From an uncultured Verrucomicrobiae bacterium (GTDB lineage: Bacteria; Verrucomicrobiota; Verrucomicrobiia; Chthoniobacterales; UBA10450): a DNA stretch of 64,000 nucleotides. The position numbers and the translations under genes were made by a program. The stretch lies in NCBI GenBank assembly GCA_963772365.1, contig CAVYXA010000001.1, forward strand, positions 704,001-768,000. The letters are read 5' to 3'. This document shows positions 46,083 to 56,747 of the stretch, in pieces. Below the pieces are notes generated by a model. The model made no database searches. It was not told the origin of the DNA and saw nothing but the letters and a program-made list of their open reading frames with translations. Positions within the stretch are counted from its first letter, which is position 1; every line of letters starts with the position of its first letter.

Positions 46083-48657
46083 CTAAAGTGGCGCAACCCG
46101 GTCCACGTTGCCTGAAACCTCCAGTTGCTGCTGCTCTCGCATGCTTCTCCGGTTGCGGCGCACCACCCGCTGAAGACCGGCCCGGCTGGCGGCAAGATCG
46201 ACAAGCTCGGCGACGCGCGATTTCAAAGCGCGGGCACGAGTCGCCAGAAAAACAAGAAACAAGGAATACGGAATGATGAACCAAAGATCGACATGAGAAA
46301 TGTTGAGTTGCCGATAAATTAGCAGGCTCAACGCAATCATATTGAAAATGACAGTCGTTGGGACGAGACGGCTGCGCAGGCGCACGCGCGTGAGTCGTTT
46401 CACTCCGCTGTGATCTTCGGTTACTGTTTGCAAAACGACGCTCCACCAGAAATTTCCGTAGATCTGGATATCCCAATCGTTCCAACCCGTATCCGGGGAA
46501 TAGCGCCAATCCTCTTCGTTAAGCAATCGAAAGATTTCACCGAGCAGATGATGGCGATCTCTCCCTTCCTCGCTCCAAAATGCTCGGCGCATGCTCCATG
46601 CAAACTTTGCTCGGGCAGGCAGATGTTCGTGTGCTCGAATCACGTTGCGCGGTGTCCGTTTGAAATGGAGCCACGTGAAATAGCGTGACCAGCCGCGAAT
46701 GAGCGGTTGCACGAAAGCCAGGACCATGACCAGCAGTCGCGCATGAACCGTATCGAATTTCGGTTCGATGTGCGCCCGCACCATATAAGAGAGAGCCACG
46801 CAAAACGTGCCGCCTAACATCACATACGGCACGATCCGCAAACCGGGCAGAAAAATTCCCAGACCGAAAAGAAAAGCCGTCAATGCAAACCATTCGATGC
46901 TGCTCAAATAGGCAGCCACGTCCGATTGTGGCGTGCGATACATCGACTGAAAGAAACCTTCGCCAAAGATTCCGTGGTAAATGATCGGCCGGTTTAGAAA
47001 CCAGCTGAACCGCGGCTCGCCGTAAATCTGTCCCCGCCATTTTGCCGTCCCAGTTGGACCAAAGAAAATCAGATGTTTGAAACGCAGCAATGATTCCGCT
47101 TCGCCATAGCCATGCTGCTGGTTGAAAAATGCCCGCAACGTAAAACGTCGATGATGCCACACGATCGCAGCGGGACTGAATGCAATTACGCCGCCGGCTT
47201 GTTGAACGCGCCAGCAAAAATCCACGTCGTCACCGGCTTTGCGATACTCAGGATCAAATCCGCCAACGAGATCAAACGCCCATCGGTAAAAGGCCATGTT
47301 ACAGCCCGGGATATGTTCCGCGATGGTGTCCGTAAGCAGGACGTGACTTGGGCCGCCGGGCGCAGCCGCCACGCACGCCTGAATCCAGTTTTGCGCCAGC
47401 GGGGGGATATTAGGCCCGCCCACGCCGGCATAATCACCGCTGACAAGAGTGCCGATTAAATAAGCGAGCCAATCGACATCGGCCATGCAATCCGAATCGG
47501 TATAAACCAGGACCTCGCCTTTCGCCCCGGCGGCTCCGGTGTTGCGCGCGTGGCTCAACCCGTGATTTTCCTGATGAATGTAGCGGACGTTTGGAAACTG
47601 CGAGGCAACATAGGCTGTATCATCCGTCGATCCGTCATCGACCAGGATCACCTCATATTCGGGATAATTGAGTTTGCCTAACGATTCAAGACAGGCTGCC
47701 AGAGTTCGGGCACCGTTGTAGGAACAAACAATCACCGATGCAAACGGCGCGCGGGACAGCGGCGGATGCGGAGCGGCGCCGTTGGTGGCAAACTTCTCCT
47801 TGAGCGCCTGAAACGATTTCTTCGGTTTGCGTTCGCGCGTCACGATCCCGAAAGCCCAGTCGTCGATCTCGCGACCCCCCGTGAACCATTCGTCCGTCCA
47901 GGAGAAGAAAATAGTTCCGGCCAAACCGCATTTGACCACGCTATCGACATGCCAGGCCAGGATCTCGGCTTGTTCCTCCTGCGAATGACGAATGGTGTCC
48001 ATCCCGAACTCGCCCAAAATTATCGGCCGTTTCGTCGGTCAAATTTTGCAACCGCAACAAATAACGTTCGAAGTCGCGCTGATTGTGCAGATAGACGTTG
48101 AAGCAAAAGAAATCGACATTTTGCGGAAGTAGATATTCCGTCGGCGGATAGGTTGCGTAGGAAAAAAGCACGCCTGGATCGGCCTCCCGCCCAACCCGGA
48201 TTAACTTCTCCACAAATTCAGTTACTCGCCGCACACCCAACCAGCGCGCCATCGTGCTAGGAATTTCGTTGCCAACGAGGTAGCCGAAGAGGGCCGGATG
48301 GCCCGCGTTTGCTTTCACGGACGCGCGGATTGATTCGACGATCTCGTCCCTCATTTTTCTTTTGCGCAAAAACTCCAGATGCCGCGGCCATGGCAAGGTG
48401 ACCATAACGCGCATTCCAGCGGCCTGACAACGGTCGAGAAACCAGCGCGGGGGCACATGATAAACGCGAATCGTGTTGAGCCGGACATCTTGCATCAGGG
48501 CAAGGTCGACATCGACTTGCTCGGGCGATCCGAAGGTACCTCCGTCTGCTTCCGGCTTGAACGGCCCGTAAGTTGTGCCTTTGACGAAAAATTTCCTGTC
48601 GCCCTCAAAGAAGAATTTGGCGGTCGGATGAAGCCGCAACTTTCCGTTCGTTGTCAC
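46083..48657 (-). CDS. Fusion of a GH2-like TIM barrel, a GT2 glycosyltransferase and C-terminal TMs; frameshift near 48020-48035
   Basis: KGTTYGPF, VGNEIP, FNVYL, GEFG (clan GH-A-like NE and EFG motifs), then VDDGSTD, TDSDC, GDDVDFCWR. Confidence 0.85.
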
Positions 48658-49937
48658 AAATAAGCCTTATTCAAGGCTTCGCGAACGATCTCGCCCGTTC
48701 GTTCGATAGCCTCAACCGTATGCGCTGTTGAAATAAATCCGGTCTCGAATTGAGACGGCGCAAAGTAAACGCCGGCTTGCAAAGAGGCGTGAAAATACCG
48801 GGCGAACAATTTCAAATCGCTGCCTTTCGCGCTAGCCAGATCGACAATCGGTTCCGGCGCAAAAAACAAACAGAACATGGAACCTATGCGATGAAAGGTG
48901 ATATTCATCTTCGTATCGGAAATGGCCTGACGAGCGAGTTTCTCCAATTGCGCACCACGCTCCTCCAACAATTTCCAGCCATCAATCCTTTCCAGCTCGC
49001 GCAATTGGGCCAGGCCAGCGGCCATGGCCAGCGGATTCCCGGATAATGTTCCAGCCTGATAAACCGGTCCGTCGGGCGAAAGTTGATCCATGATTTCAGC
49101 GCGTCCACCAAATGCGCCGACGGGCAATCCGCCGCCGATGATCTTTCCCAGAACCGTTAGGTCGGGTTTGATTCTGTAAAGCTCCTGCGCTCCGCCGCGG
49201 GCAACGCGAAAACCGGTAATCACTTCATCGAATATCAAGAGCGCACCATTTCTTGTGCATTCGTCGCGAAGCATCGACAAAAAGTTCTTATCGGGGAAAT
49301 AGAGACCGGCGTTGGCCGGGATCGGCTCGAGAATTACGGCGGCAATCTGATTTTGATTTTCGCGAAATGCTTTTTGAACAAGATCAATGTTGCTAAACGG
49401 CAATGAGATCGTGAGATCGGCCACAGCTTTGGGAACACCGGCACTATCCGGTTGCCCGTGAGTAAGTGCCCCGCTGCCACTTTTTACGAGGAGCGAATCG
49501 GCATGGCCATGATAGCAACCGTCGAATTTGATGATCTTATCTCGACCGGTGAAGCCGCGAGCCAGTCGCAACGCACTCATGGCCGCTTCCGTGCCGCTGT
49601 TGACCATTCTGATTTTTTCTAGCGAGGGCATCCACTTACAGATCAGTTCTGCGAGCTCGATCTCGAACGGATTAGGAATTCCAAAACTCAGGCCCCGATT
49701 GGCAGCATCGCGCACAGCGTTCACAACGACGTCCGGCGCGTGGCCGAGAATCGCCGGTCCCCAGCTGCTTACGTAATCGATGTATTTGTTTCCATCGACG
49801 TCCCAGATTTTCGAACCGGCGGCTCGCGAGATGAAAAATGGCTCGCTCTGCACGTTGCGAAAAGCACGGACGGGAGAGTTCACTCCGCCGGGAATGCGAG
49901 ATTTTGCGCGAAAAAAAAGCTCAGAAGAACGAGTCAT
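48654..49937 (-). CDS. hemL: Glutamate-1-semialdehyde 2,1-aminomutase
   Basis: PGGVNSPVRAF, NSGTEA, FDEVITGFR, GKIIGGGLP, YQAGTLSGNP. Confidence 0.97.
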   Translation of the reverse strand: MTRSSELFFRAKSRIPGGVNSPVRAFRNVQSEPFFISRAAGSKIWDVDGNKYIDYVSSWGPAILGHAPDVVVNAVRDAANRGLSFGIPNPFEIELAELICKWMPSLEKIRMVNSGTEAAMSALRLARGFTGRDKIIKFDGCYHGHADSLLVKSGSGALTHGQPDSAGVPKAVADLTISLPFSNIDLVQKAFRENQNQIAAVILEPIPANAGLYFPDKNFLSMLRDECTRNGALLIFDEVITGFRVARGGAQELYRIKPDLTVLGKIIGGGLPVGAFGGRAEIMDQLSPDGPVYQAGTLSGNPLAMAAGLAQLRELERIDGWKLLEERGAQLEKLARQAISDTKMNITFHRIGSMFCLFFAPEPIVDLASAKGSDLKLFARYFHASLQAGVYFAPSQFETGFISTAHTVEAIERTGEIVREALNKAYL

Positions 49938-50028
49938 GTGTCGGCGCATGTGCCCAAGCGCCTATTTATGCGCGGCCGGCGCTTGATACAAGCACCGCTA
50001 GAGCGATATTATGCGCTTGCTCAAGAAT

Positions 50029-50103
50029 GGCGGGGTAGCCAAGTGGTAAGGTCGCGGTCTGCAAAACCGCTATTCGCGGGTTCGATTCCCGCCCCCGCCT
50101 CCA
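50029..50103 (+). tRNA. tRNA-Cys (GCA)
   Basis: GGCGGGG acceptor stem pairs with CCCCGCC; anticodon loop CTGCAAA; GGTTCGATTCC T-arm; TCCA end. Confidence 0.96.
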
Positions 50104-50217
50104 ATTCCATGCGCAGGTTTTGTTACGAGCGAAGTTTTCTTTCCTCGGGCCGGTTCGATTGATTCGCTCGCAGCCCAGCGAGCTCAGTCGCCGCGGGCGA
50201 CCTTCGCAAAAGTCTCT

Positions 50218-50472
50218 TCACGGTTTCGCCGGTGTGTGAGTTGGCAGTCTTCTCCAGCGCTGCGCCAATGACCCATCCGGTGCCTCCGAAACAACAATGC
50301 TACCATCCCCAGAGTCGGATAGTTCCGCCGAACTTGGCTGTCTTGGAGAACGCGCATGTCTTACTGGCGCGGACGGAGCTGAGTGAAAAAGCGAGACGAG
50401 ATCGTAGGGCCCATAACCGAAGTAGAAAGCAACAGCTATTAGCAGCAGAATCAGCAAAACGAGGGACTTCAT
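50218..50472 (-). CDS. Small hypothetical protein with an N-terminal hydrophobic segment
   Basis: MKSLVLLILLLIAVAFYFGY... Confidence 0.5.
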   Translation of the reverse strand: MKSLVLLILLLIAVAFYFGYGPYDLVSLFHSAPSAPVRHARSPRQPSSAELSDSGDGSIVVSEAPDGSLAQRWRRLPTHTPAKP

Positions 50473-50525
50473 CGCGCGAAAGATTTGGAAGCAATCAGCA
50501 GGCCAGAAAAAGAGGCCCTGAACCG

Positions 50526-50810
50526 ATGCAAAACGGATGCTGTGTCGCTACAGCTTCAGCGTTGAGAGGCGCGATTCCTGCGGTAGTGTGCGTCGGGATG
50601 TTTTGGATCATTGGGTGTCTGAAATGGGCGATCGTCGGGTTCATCGTCGCGTTTGCGTTGATGAAACTGTACGAGGCCAGCCACATTTATGACGATATTC
50701 CCAAGCCGAAGTTTAAGGTCCGTCAGGCCAGACGGGCCGCGTTTGTATTGTCGATCTTCGCCGCGATGCTCTCCGCGCTGGTCTGGGTGATTGTCCAAAA
50801 GTGGGACTAG
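50526..50810 (+). CDS. Small membrane protein
   Basis: Three hydrophobic segments; start uncertain. Confidence 0.5.
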   Translation: MQNGCCVATASALRGAIPAVVCVGMFWIIGCLKWAIVGFIVAFALMKLYEASHIYDDIPKPKFKVRQARRAAFVLSIFAAMLSALVWVIVQKWD

Positions 50811-53281
50811 GCCGGAGTTGAGGCGACCTTCTTTTTCGCGCGCGGCTTTTTCGGCTCAAACTCGAATCCGACCTTTCCATTCTCCAATTTCAGATAGGCG
50901 GAGAATGGACGGCCCTTCTTGGAGATGAATTTGTGCAGCAGGTCGGTCTTGCCGGTAGCGATTAACTTCTGCGCCTGCTCTTTTGGAATCTCGCGATGCA
51001 AAATCGATTTGCCGATGCGAAAGCTGCACGTCTTGGGAGTCGCGACTGCATTTTCGCAGGCATACGCGCGGTCCAAGACATACACCTGTCCCTTCTGGCA
51101 AATCGGACACACCCCCAAGCTTTCCTGTTTTTCCTTGTCGATCTTCTGGTCGGCGCCGATTCCGTTTTCGCCGAAATCAAACTGCGGTTTCTTTTCTTCA
51201 CCCAGCCGGACGATGGCTTCGAACGCTCGCCCCAATTTGCTGCGAAAACCGCGGAGCGGGCCGACTCGGCCTTTCGCGAGCAGCTCTTCGACTTCCTCGG
51301 GCGTGAACTGGCGTGAAGCCATCGTCTTCCACATGAGCCAGTCGCAGTTTTTGCAGCGAAATGTTTTATAATCTTCCTTGATCGGACCGCCGCCACAGTT
51401 TGGACATTTTGCCTCGATCGTCGCGTATTCGCCGTGGATTTCTTCGCCACGGAAATTGCGGACCTTCTCGACGATCTCGCGAGTCAGGCCGCGGATGTCT
51501 TCCATGAAATGGTTTCGATCCAATTTGCCGTGAGCCATTTCCTGGAGCCGGAACTCCCATTCACCAGTGAGCTCCGGTGTGGAAAGAACGTCCGTACCGA
51601 GATTGCGCAGGAGAGTGATCAGTGAAAGTCCTTTAGCGCTTACGATCAGCTCCCTCCCTTGTCGTTCGAGATAACCATCGGCGAGCAGCCCCTCGATGAT
51701 TTGAGCGCGAGTAGCCGGTGTACCCAAGCCGCGCTCCCGCATCGCTTCCCGCAATTCCTCGTCTTCGACGAGTTTTCCGGCGCCCTCCATGGCCGAAAGC
51801 AGCGTGGCTTCTGTGAAACGCGCCGGAGGTTTCGTTTCGTTCTCTTTGATCTCGATCTTCAAGACGCTGGCCGATTCCCCTGATGACACTGGGACAACCG
51901 ATTGCTCGTCCTGGCCCGCGGCTTCACGGCCGTAAACCGCCAGCCAGCCAGGATCGACAACCACTTTACCCTCCGTCTTGAACGGCTCACCTTCGACGCG
52001 GGTGATCCGCGTCGTTACTTCAAACTGCGCCGGCGGATAGAAGACGGCGATAGTGCGTCGCGCGACCATGTCGAAAATCTTTTTCTCGAACTCGTCAAGG
52101 TGCGCCGGGGAAGCGCCAGTCGGGATGATCGCATGATGGTCGCTCACTTTGGCGTTGTTAAAGACACGTTTGATCGGCTTGACCCAGTTGTTCTGCATTG
52201 CCTTGCCAGCATGAGCAGCCAGTGCGGGATCCTCAAAGCTCGACATTACTGTGCGGACTTGAGCGAGATTATCTTCGGGAAGATACCGCGAATCCGTCCG
52301 AGGATACGTGAGCACCTTGTGTTTTTCGTAAAGGGACTGCGCCAGTTGCAACGTGCGCCGCGCGCTGAGGCTGAATCGACTATTGGCTTCTCGTTGCAGC
52401 GTAGTGAGATCGTAAAGCAGCGGCGACGCCTGCGTAGTCGGCTTCTTTTCTTCTGTAACAATGCCGGTTTTGCCCGCGCATTTTCGTTCAATCTCAGCGG
52501 CGCGCTCCCGCATCCAAATTCGTTCCGCCCGCGCGTCCTCGTCCTCGCCTTTCTTAAAATTTTGGTCGAACCAACGTCCTGGATAGTTCCCCGCTTCAAC
52601 TTTGAACTCTCCGTGGACCTCAAAATAAGGCCGTGGTTTGAACGACCTGATCTTCTCTTCTCGCCCTGTCAGGATCGCCAGCGTGGGCGTTTGCACTCGA
52701 CCCGCGGCAGTTTTTTGAAAGCCACCTGTGCGCGAATTAAATGAAGTTAACGCTCGCGTGGCATTGATACCGACCAGCCAATCGCTTTCCGCACGCGACA
52801 ATGCTGCATCCGCTAACGGCTGCATTTCCCCTTCGGATCGCAAATGATTAAATCCTTCGCGGATCGCCTCCGGCGTCATCGATTGCAGCCAGAGCCGGCG
52901 GGTCGGTTTTTTCGCGCCGCTCCAGCGAATAGTATTGCGGAAAATCAGTTCGCCTTCGCGGCCGGCGTCGCAGGCATTGATGATTTCCGTAATATCGGAT
53001 CGTTTGATCAGTTTCTTCAGGACCTGTAATCGGCCTTTGTTTTTCTCGATCGGCGAAAGATCGAAATGGTTCGGCAGCACCGGCAGGTTTTCCAGGTTCC
53101 ACTTTCCCCGTTTCACCTCCGCCCCTTCCGGTGGCACGATCTCAACCAAGTGCCCAACCGCCGACGAAATCACATACTGGTCGTTCTCGTAGAAGTCCTT
53201 ATCATGATGAAACTTGCCGAGGACGCGGGCGAGGTCTCGGGCCACACTCGGTTTCTCCGCGATGATGAGGGACTTGGACAT
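50807..53281 (-). CDS. topB: Type IA DNA topoisomerase (topoisomerase III-like) with C-terminal zinc ribbons
   Basis: IAEKPSVA, NACDAGREGELIF, GRVQTPTL, TYPRTDS, GLGTPATRA. Confidence 0.88.
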   Translation of the reverse strand: MSKSLIIAEKPSVARDLARVLGKFHHDKDFYENDQYVISSAVGHLVEIVPPEGAEVKRGKWNLENLPVLPNHFDLSPIEKNKGRLQVLKKLIKRSDITEIINACDAGREGELIFRNTIRWSGAKKPTRRLWLQSMTPEAIREGFNHLRSEGEMQPLADAALSRAESDWLVGINATRALTSFNSRTGGFQKTAAGRVQTPTLAILTGREEKIRSFKPRPYFEVHGEFKVEAGNYPGRWFDQNFKKGEDEDARAERIWMRERAAEIERKCAGKTGIVTEEKKPTTQASPLLYDLTTLQREANSRFSLSARRTLQLAQSLYEKHKVLTYPRTDSRYLPEDNLAQVRTVMSSFEDPALAAHAGKAMQNNWVKPIKRVFNNAKVSDHHAIIPTGASPAHLDEFEKKIFDMVARRTIAVFYPPAQFEVTTRITRVEGEPFKTEGKVVVDPGWLAVYGREAAGQDEQSVVPVSSGESASVLKIEIKENETKPPARFTEATLLSAMEGAGKLVEDEELREAMRERGLGTPATRAQIIEGLLADGYLERQGRELIVSAKGLSLITLLRNLGTDVLSTPELTGEWEFRLQEMAHGKLDRNHFMEDIRGLTREIVEKVRNFRGEEIHGEYATIEAKCPNCGGGPIKEDYKTFRCKNCDWLMWKTMASRQFTPEEVEELLAKGRVGPLRGFRSKLGRAFEAIVRLGEEKKPQFDFGENGIGADQKIDKEKQESLGVCPICQKGQVYVLDRAYACENAVATPKTCSFRIGKSILHREIPKEQAQKLIATGKTDLLHKFISKKGRPFSAYLKLENGKVGFEFEPKKPRAKKKVASTPA

Positions 53282-53359
53282 GAGGGCTGAAATCGAAGCG
53301 CAGATTTGCGCAATTGCAAATTTCAGAAGCAAATAGCGGGCGAGCTTGTTAGGAGCCGC

Positions 53360-54460
53360 CTATCCTAATTTGACGAAATATTTCCCTGGTAACTGCTTGA
53401 CCAGCCGCTTTAACTCCAGCCCCAGCAACGTCGATGATACAGACGCGCTGGGCAGCGCAGTCTTGGCCGCGATTGCGTCGATCGCTGTCTCCGAAGCATC
53501 AATCGCGTCGTAAACGAGACGTTCTTCAGCCGAAAGCTGCGGCAACGGTCGGGCAGCGGCTTGCGGTGCCGGTTTCGCCTCTGGCAGGAGAATTTGCAAA
53601 TCGTCGAGAATATCGCTCGCGTCCATCACCAGTTTTGCTCCTTGTTGAATGAGCCGGTTTGAGCCCATCGCGCTTGGCGCATTGATGTGCCCCGGAACGG
53701 CATAGACGAGTCGGCCCTGTTCCAGCGCCTGCGCCGCCGTAATAAGCGCGCCACTGTTTAATCCTGCTTCCACTACAAGAATTCCATGGCTCCAACCGGA
53801 AATGATCCGGTTACGCATCGGGAATGTTTGCCGATCCGGTTCGATTTCCATCGAGAATTCCGAAACTACTGCTCCGTTGGCGCTTCGGATTTTTTCCGCG
53901 AGCGCGCGATTCTCCGGTGGATAAAGCTTCGATAAGCCCGATCCGATCACCGCGATCGTGCGGCCTTTGGCCGCGAGCGCACCCTGATGAGCGGCGGTGT
54001 CGATTCCACGCGCCAGCCCGCTCACGATTGTCAATCCAGCGTAAGCAAGCTGGTAAGCGAGCTTCTTGGCCGATTCCGTGCCGTAATGGGTCGTGTGTCG
54101 CGATCCAATTATTCCGATGGCATGATTGTCGCGCGCCTCCAGTTCTCCCCACACATACAGAACGATCGGCGGCGCGTGAATTTCCCGAAGCGGTTTTGGA
54201 TACGATGGCGACGCCTGAGTGATAACCGTCGCGCCAAACTCTCTGATACGCTTCAGTTCTGCCGGAAGATCAACAGTCGATTCCCAATTCGATATTTGAT
54301 CGGCGACTTCATTGCCGATTCCTTCGACCTTGCGGAGCTCGCTTCGTTTTGCCGCCAGCGCTAACTGCGGCTCCTTGAAAACCTCGAGCAACTTGCGCAA
54401 CCGGACCGGCCCAATTGTCGGAAGCATATTGAGCGCGACACACGCTTCTGTCGAGGTCAT
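53360..54460 (-). CDS. dprA: DNA-processing protein DprA
   Basis: IGSR, VSGLARGID..AH, FPMRNRIISG, VVEA...SGALITA, GSNRLIQQGA. Confidence 0.96.
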   Translation of the reverse strand: MTSTEACVALNMLPTIGPVRLRKLLEVFKEPQLALAAKRSELRKVEGIGNEVADQISNWESTVDLPAELKRIREFGATVITQASPSYPKPLREIHAPPIVLYVWGELEARDNHAIGIIGSRHTTHYGTESAKKLAYQLAYAGLTIVSGLARGIDTAAHQGALAAKGRTIAVIGSGLSKLYPPENRALAEKIRSANGAVVSEFSMEIEPDRQTFPMRNRIISGWSHGILVVEAGLNSGALITAAQALEQGRLVYAVPGHINAPSAMGSNRLIQQGAKLVMDASDILDDLQILLPEAKPAPQAAARPLPQLSAEERLVYDAIDASETAIDAIAAKTALPSASVSSTLLGLELKRLVKQLPGKYFVKLG

Positions 54461-54527
54461 CGCACTGCTTTAAGTTCTAGAGGCGCTTGTGCCAAGCGCC
54501 TTCTCTCGCTTCGCCCGCGCCGACAGA

Positions 54528-54980
54528 TCAGAACGGAATCTCGTCCTCGTCCGGCTGGGCTGAGGCCGCTGGTTTCGGCGGCGCTGCCGGCCGACCCGAT
54601 TGTCGATCTTCGTCGCTTGCATCAGTAGTGGCTCCGGAACCACCCGGACGGCTGCCCAACAATTGTAGCGCCTCTCCGATCACCTTGAGCTTGGAACGCT
54701 TTTGCCCAGTTTGCTTATCGTCCCAGGAATCGAGTTGAAGCCGGCCTTCAATGAAAACCGGCCGACCCTTTTTCAAATATTCGCCCGCGATCTCGGCCAG
54801 ACGAGACCAGAGCACGACATCGACATATGTGACCTCCTCGCGCTTCTCTCCGCCTTCCGTCGTATAGACGCGGTTTACGGCAAGACCGAGATCACACACT
54901 GCGCTGCCTTTTGGCGTATAGCGTACCTCTGGATCCCGGGTAAGGTTTCCAAGCAAAATGACTCTGTTGAAGCTGGCCAT
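54528..54980 (-). CDS. ssb: Single-stranded DNA-binding protein
   Basis: NRVILLGNLTRDPE...IEGRL...DEIPF. Confidence 0.97.
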   Translation of the reverse strand: MASFNRVILLGNLTRDPEVRYTPKGSAVCDLGLAVNRVYTTEGGEKREEVTYVDVVLWSRLAEIAGEYLKKGRPVFIEGRLQLDSWDDKQTGQKRSKLKVIGEALQLLGSRPGGSGATTDASDEDRQSGRPAAPPKPAASAQPDEDEIPF

Positions 54981-54998
54981 GCCCTGGTTATACCGGGC

Positions 54999-55346
54999 CT
55001 ACTTCGTCTTGGCCATCTTTTTCGCCGAACGTTTTTCGGACTCTTTTTTCTCCTTCTTTTCCGGTAACCGCACGTAGTTCTGACGATACACCTCGGGATC
55101 GAGCTTGAATTTTGCGCGAAATTTCGAAATGAGATCGGATTCGGCACGAAACAGAAAGTTCACGTAGTAACCGGAATCCAGCGCGCCCGCCTGGTAGGAG
55201 AACTGACGCTTGTCCATTTTCTGCACCTGCTCGATCTCGGCACCCTCTTTTTTGAACTCGGATTCGAGCCTCTCGATGATATCTCTAACGGTATCCTCCG
55301 TGCCCTGGGCATTAAGCACCAGCAATGCTTCGTAACGATTCTTCAT
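54999..55346 (-). CDS. rpsF: 30S ribosomal protein S6
   Basis: RYE...RQFSY...GYYVNF...VYRQ; lies upstream of ssb. Confidence 0.92.
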   Translation of the reverse strand: MKNRYEALLVLNAQGTEDTVRDIIERLESEFKKEGAEIEQVQKMDKRQFSYQAGALDSGYYVNFLFRAESDLISKFRAKFKLDPEVYRQNYVRLPEKKEKKESEKRSAKKMAKTK

Positions 55347-55352
55347 GTGTCT

Positions 55353-55928
55353 TCAGGTTTGTTCCCTCCGAACGCTTTCGGAGTTGAAAATGTTCATCGC
55401 GGAAACAACGCCTTTGTCAATCGCGCATTTCACCACCTCCACAGCTCGATCGATTGTCGATCCTAGTATCGGCTTCTCTTCCTCGAAAAATCTGCCCAGA
55501 ACATAATCGACCGACCCTTCCGAGGGCGCCTGACCAATCCCGATGCGCAGCCGAGGAATCTCCTCCGTACCGAACTGCATAATGATGGAATCGAGGCCGT
55601 TATGTCCGCCCGATCCACCACTCAATCGCAAGCGAAGCCGGCCTAACGGCAGAGCGAAATCGTCGAGGACGATCAGAATTTCGCTGGGAGCGACCTTGTA
55701 GAATTGAGCGATCGCAAGAAGCGGATATCCGCTGTGATTCATAAAACTCATTGGTTTAACCAAAAGCACATCGCCCCATTTTATCGAAAGCGCTTCCCAC
55801 TTCGCCGATTTTTCCCATGTCGATCCAACCAGAGCGGCCAACCGATCGATCACCATGAATCCGATATTGTGACGGCTGGCTGCGTATTCAGCCCCGGGAT
55901 TTCCCAGACCGGCGACGAGACGAATCAT
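55353..55928 (-). CDS. pth: Peptidyl-tRNA hydrolase
   Basis: GLGNPG..Y..SRHNIGF, KPMSFMN.SG, GGHNG, RLRIGIG. Confidence 0.96.
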   Translation of the reverse strand: MIRLVAGLGNPGAEYAASRHNIGFMVIDRLAALVGSTWEKSAKWEALSIKWGDVLLVKPMSFMNHSGYPLLAIAQFYKVAPSEILIVLDDFALPLGRLRLRLSGGSGGHNGLDSIIMQFGTEEIPRLRIGIGQAPSEGSVDYVLGRFFEEEKPILGSTIDRAVEVVKCAIDKGVVSAMNIFNSESVRREQT

Positions 55929-56043
55929 GGTGGATCGGCTTCTTCGAAGACGATGTTATGATAATCGCCGAAGGCGCACGCTATGGCGGCAAAGCCGCAT
56001 TGTTGCCAAGGCGTTGAGGAGTCGCCGCGGCGACCGTTCCACC
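55929..56043. repeat. REP-like element GGTGGA...TCCACC containing GTCGCCGCGGCGAC
   Basis: Inverted ends; the internal palindrome is shared with 5971-5986. Confidence 0.6.
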
Positions 56044-56747
56044 TACTTTTTCTCTTTCTCCTTCGGAGCAGCTTTCTCTTTTCCAGTCGGGCCAGCCTCC
56101 GCTTCGCCTTCGGGCTTTTTCTCCGTAATGACTTCCGGGCCAGCTGCGGCTTCAGCGGCCACAGGTACCGCTTCCTCTTCCACTGCAGGCGCCAGTACAG
56201 ATAACGCCGTGAGATCAGGCGGGACTCTTGCCGTAACCCCGGAGGGCAATTGAATGTCACGGACGTGAATGGAATCGCCGATATTCATCGCCGAAACATC
56301 GACAATGACCCGGTCGGGCAAATCGCTGGGCAAACATTCCACGGGTAACGAGCGGAGACTTTGCTCGAGCAATCCGCCGAAATTCTTGACGCCATTTGCA
56401 ACACCGATGGTTTCCAACGGCACTTCGGCGTGGATTTTTTCATCCATCGATATGGCGTGAAAATCGACGTGCAGAATGTCGCCGCCTACAGGCGAATGCT
56501 GCACTTCCTGAACCAGGGCCATCCGATTGGATTTCTCACCATCGATCTCGAGTTCCACCAAAAAATTCTCGCCCGAAGCGTGGCTCAACATTGCATTGAT
56601 GTCACGGGCCGAAACCTGAAGTGGCTGAGGCTTATCTTTCGCGCCGTAAATGACCGCCGGCACGATGCCGCGCCCTTTCAATTTGCGAGCCGCAGACCGG
56701 CCCGTGTCGCTCCGCCGCTCAGCCTTGAGTTTAACTTGTTTTGCCAT
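56043..56747 (-). CDS. rplY: 50S ribosomal protein L25 (CTC form)
   Basis: VPAVIYG, QHSPV...LHVDF, GGLLEQ, GDSIHVRDI. Confidence 0.96.
   Translation of the reverse strand: MAKQVKLKAERRSDTGRSAARKLKGRGIVPAVIYGAKDKPQPLQVSARDINAMLSHASGENFLVELEIDGEKSNRMALVQEVQHSPVGGDILHVDFHAISMDEKIHAEVPLETIGVANGVKNFGGLLEQSLRSLPVECLPSDLPDRVIVDVSAMNIGDSIHVRDIQLPSGVTARVPPDLTALSVLAPAVEEEAVPVAAEAAAGPEVITEKKPEGEAEAGPTGKEKAAPKEKEKK

Noticed and set aside
31347..48657. Frameshifts in hypE, the SIS gene, lipA, recR, the cyclase-like gene and the GH-GT fusion as programmed frameshifting or true pseudogenes
   Set aside because: These are scattered single-base indels in otherwise well-conserved genes, several of them housekeeping, with no consistent slippery motif. 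Long-read consensus error is the simpler explanation; read-level checking is needed.
50029..50810. tRNA-Cys-anchored genomic island
   Set aside because: No integrase and no duplicated tRNA 3' end were seen; only two small ORFs lie before the topoisomerase gene.
51902..52744. Long antisense ORFs (this one; also 16386-17129, 37311-38033, 45114-45713)
   Set aside because: They are shadow ORFs opposite well-supported genes in GC-rich DNA and have no recognisable motifs.
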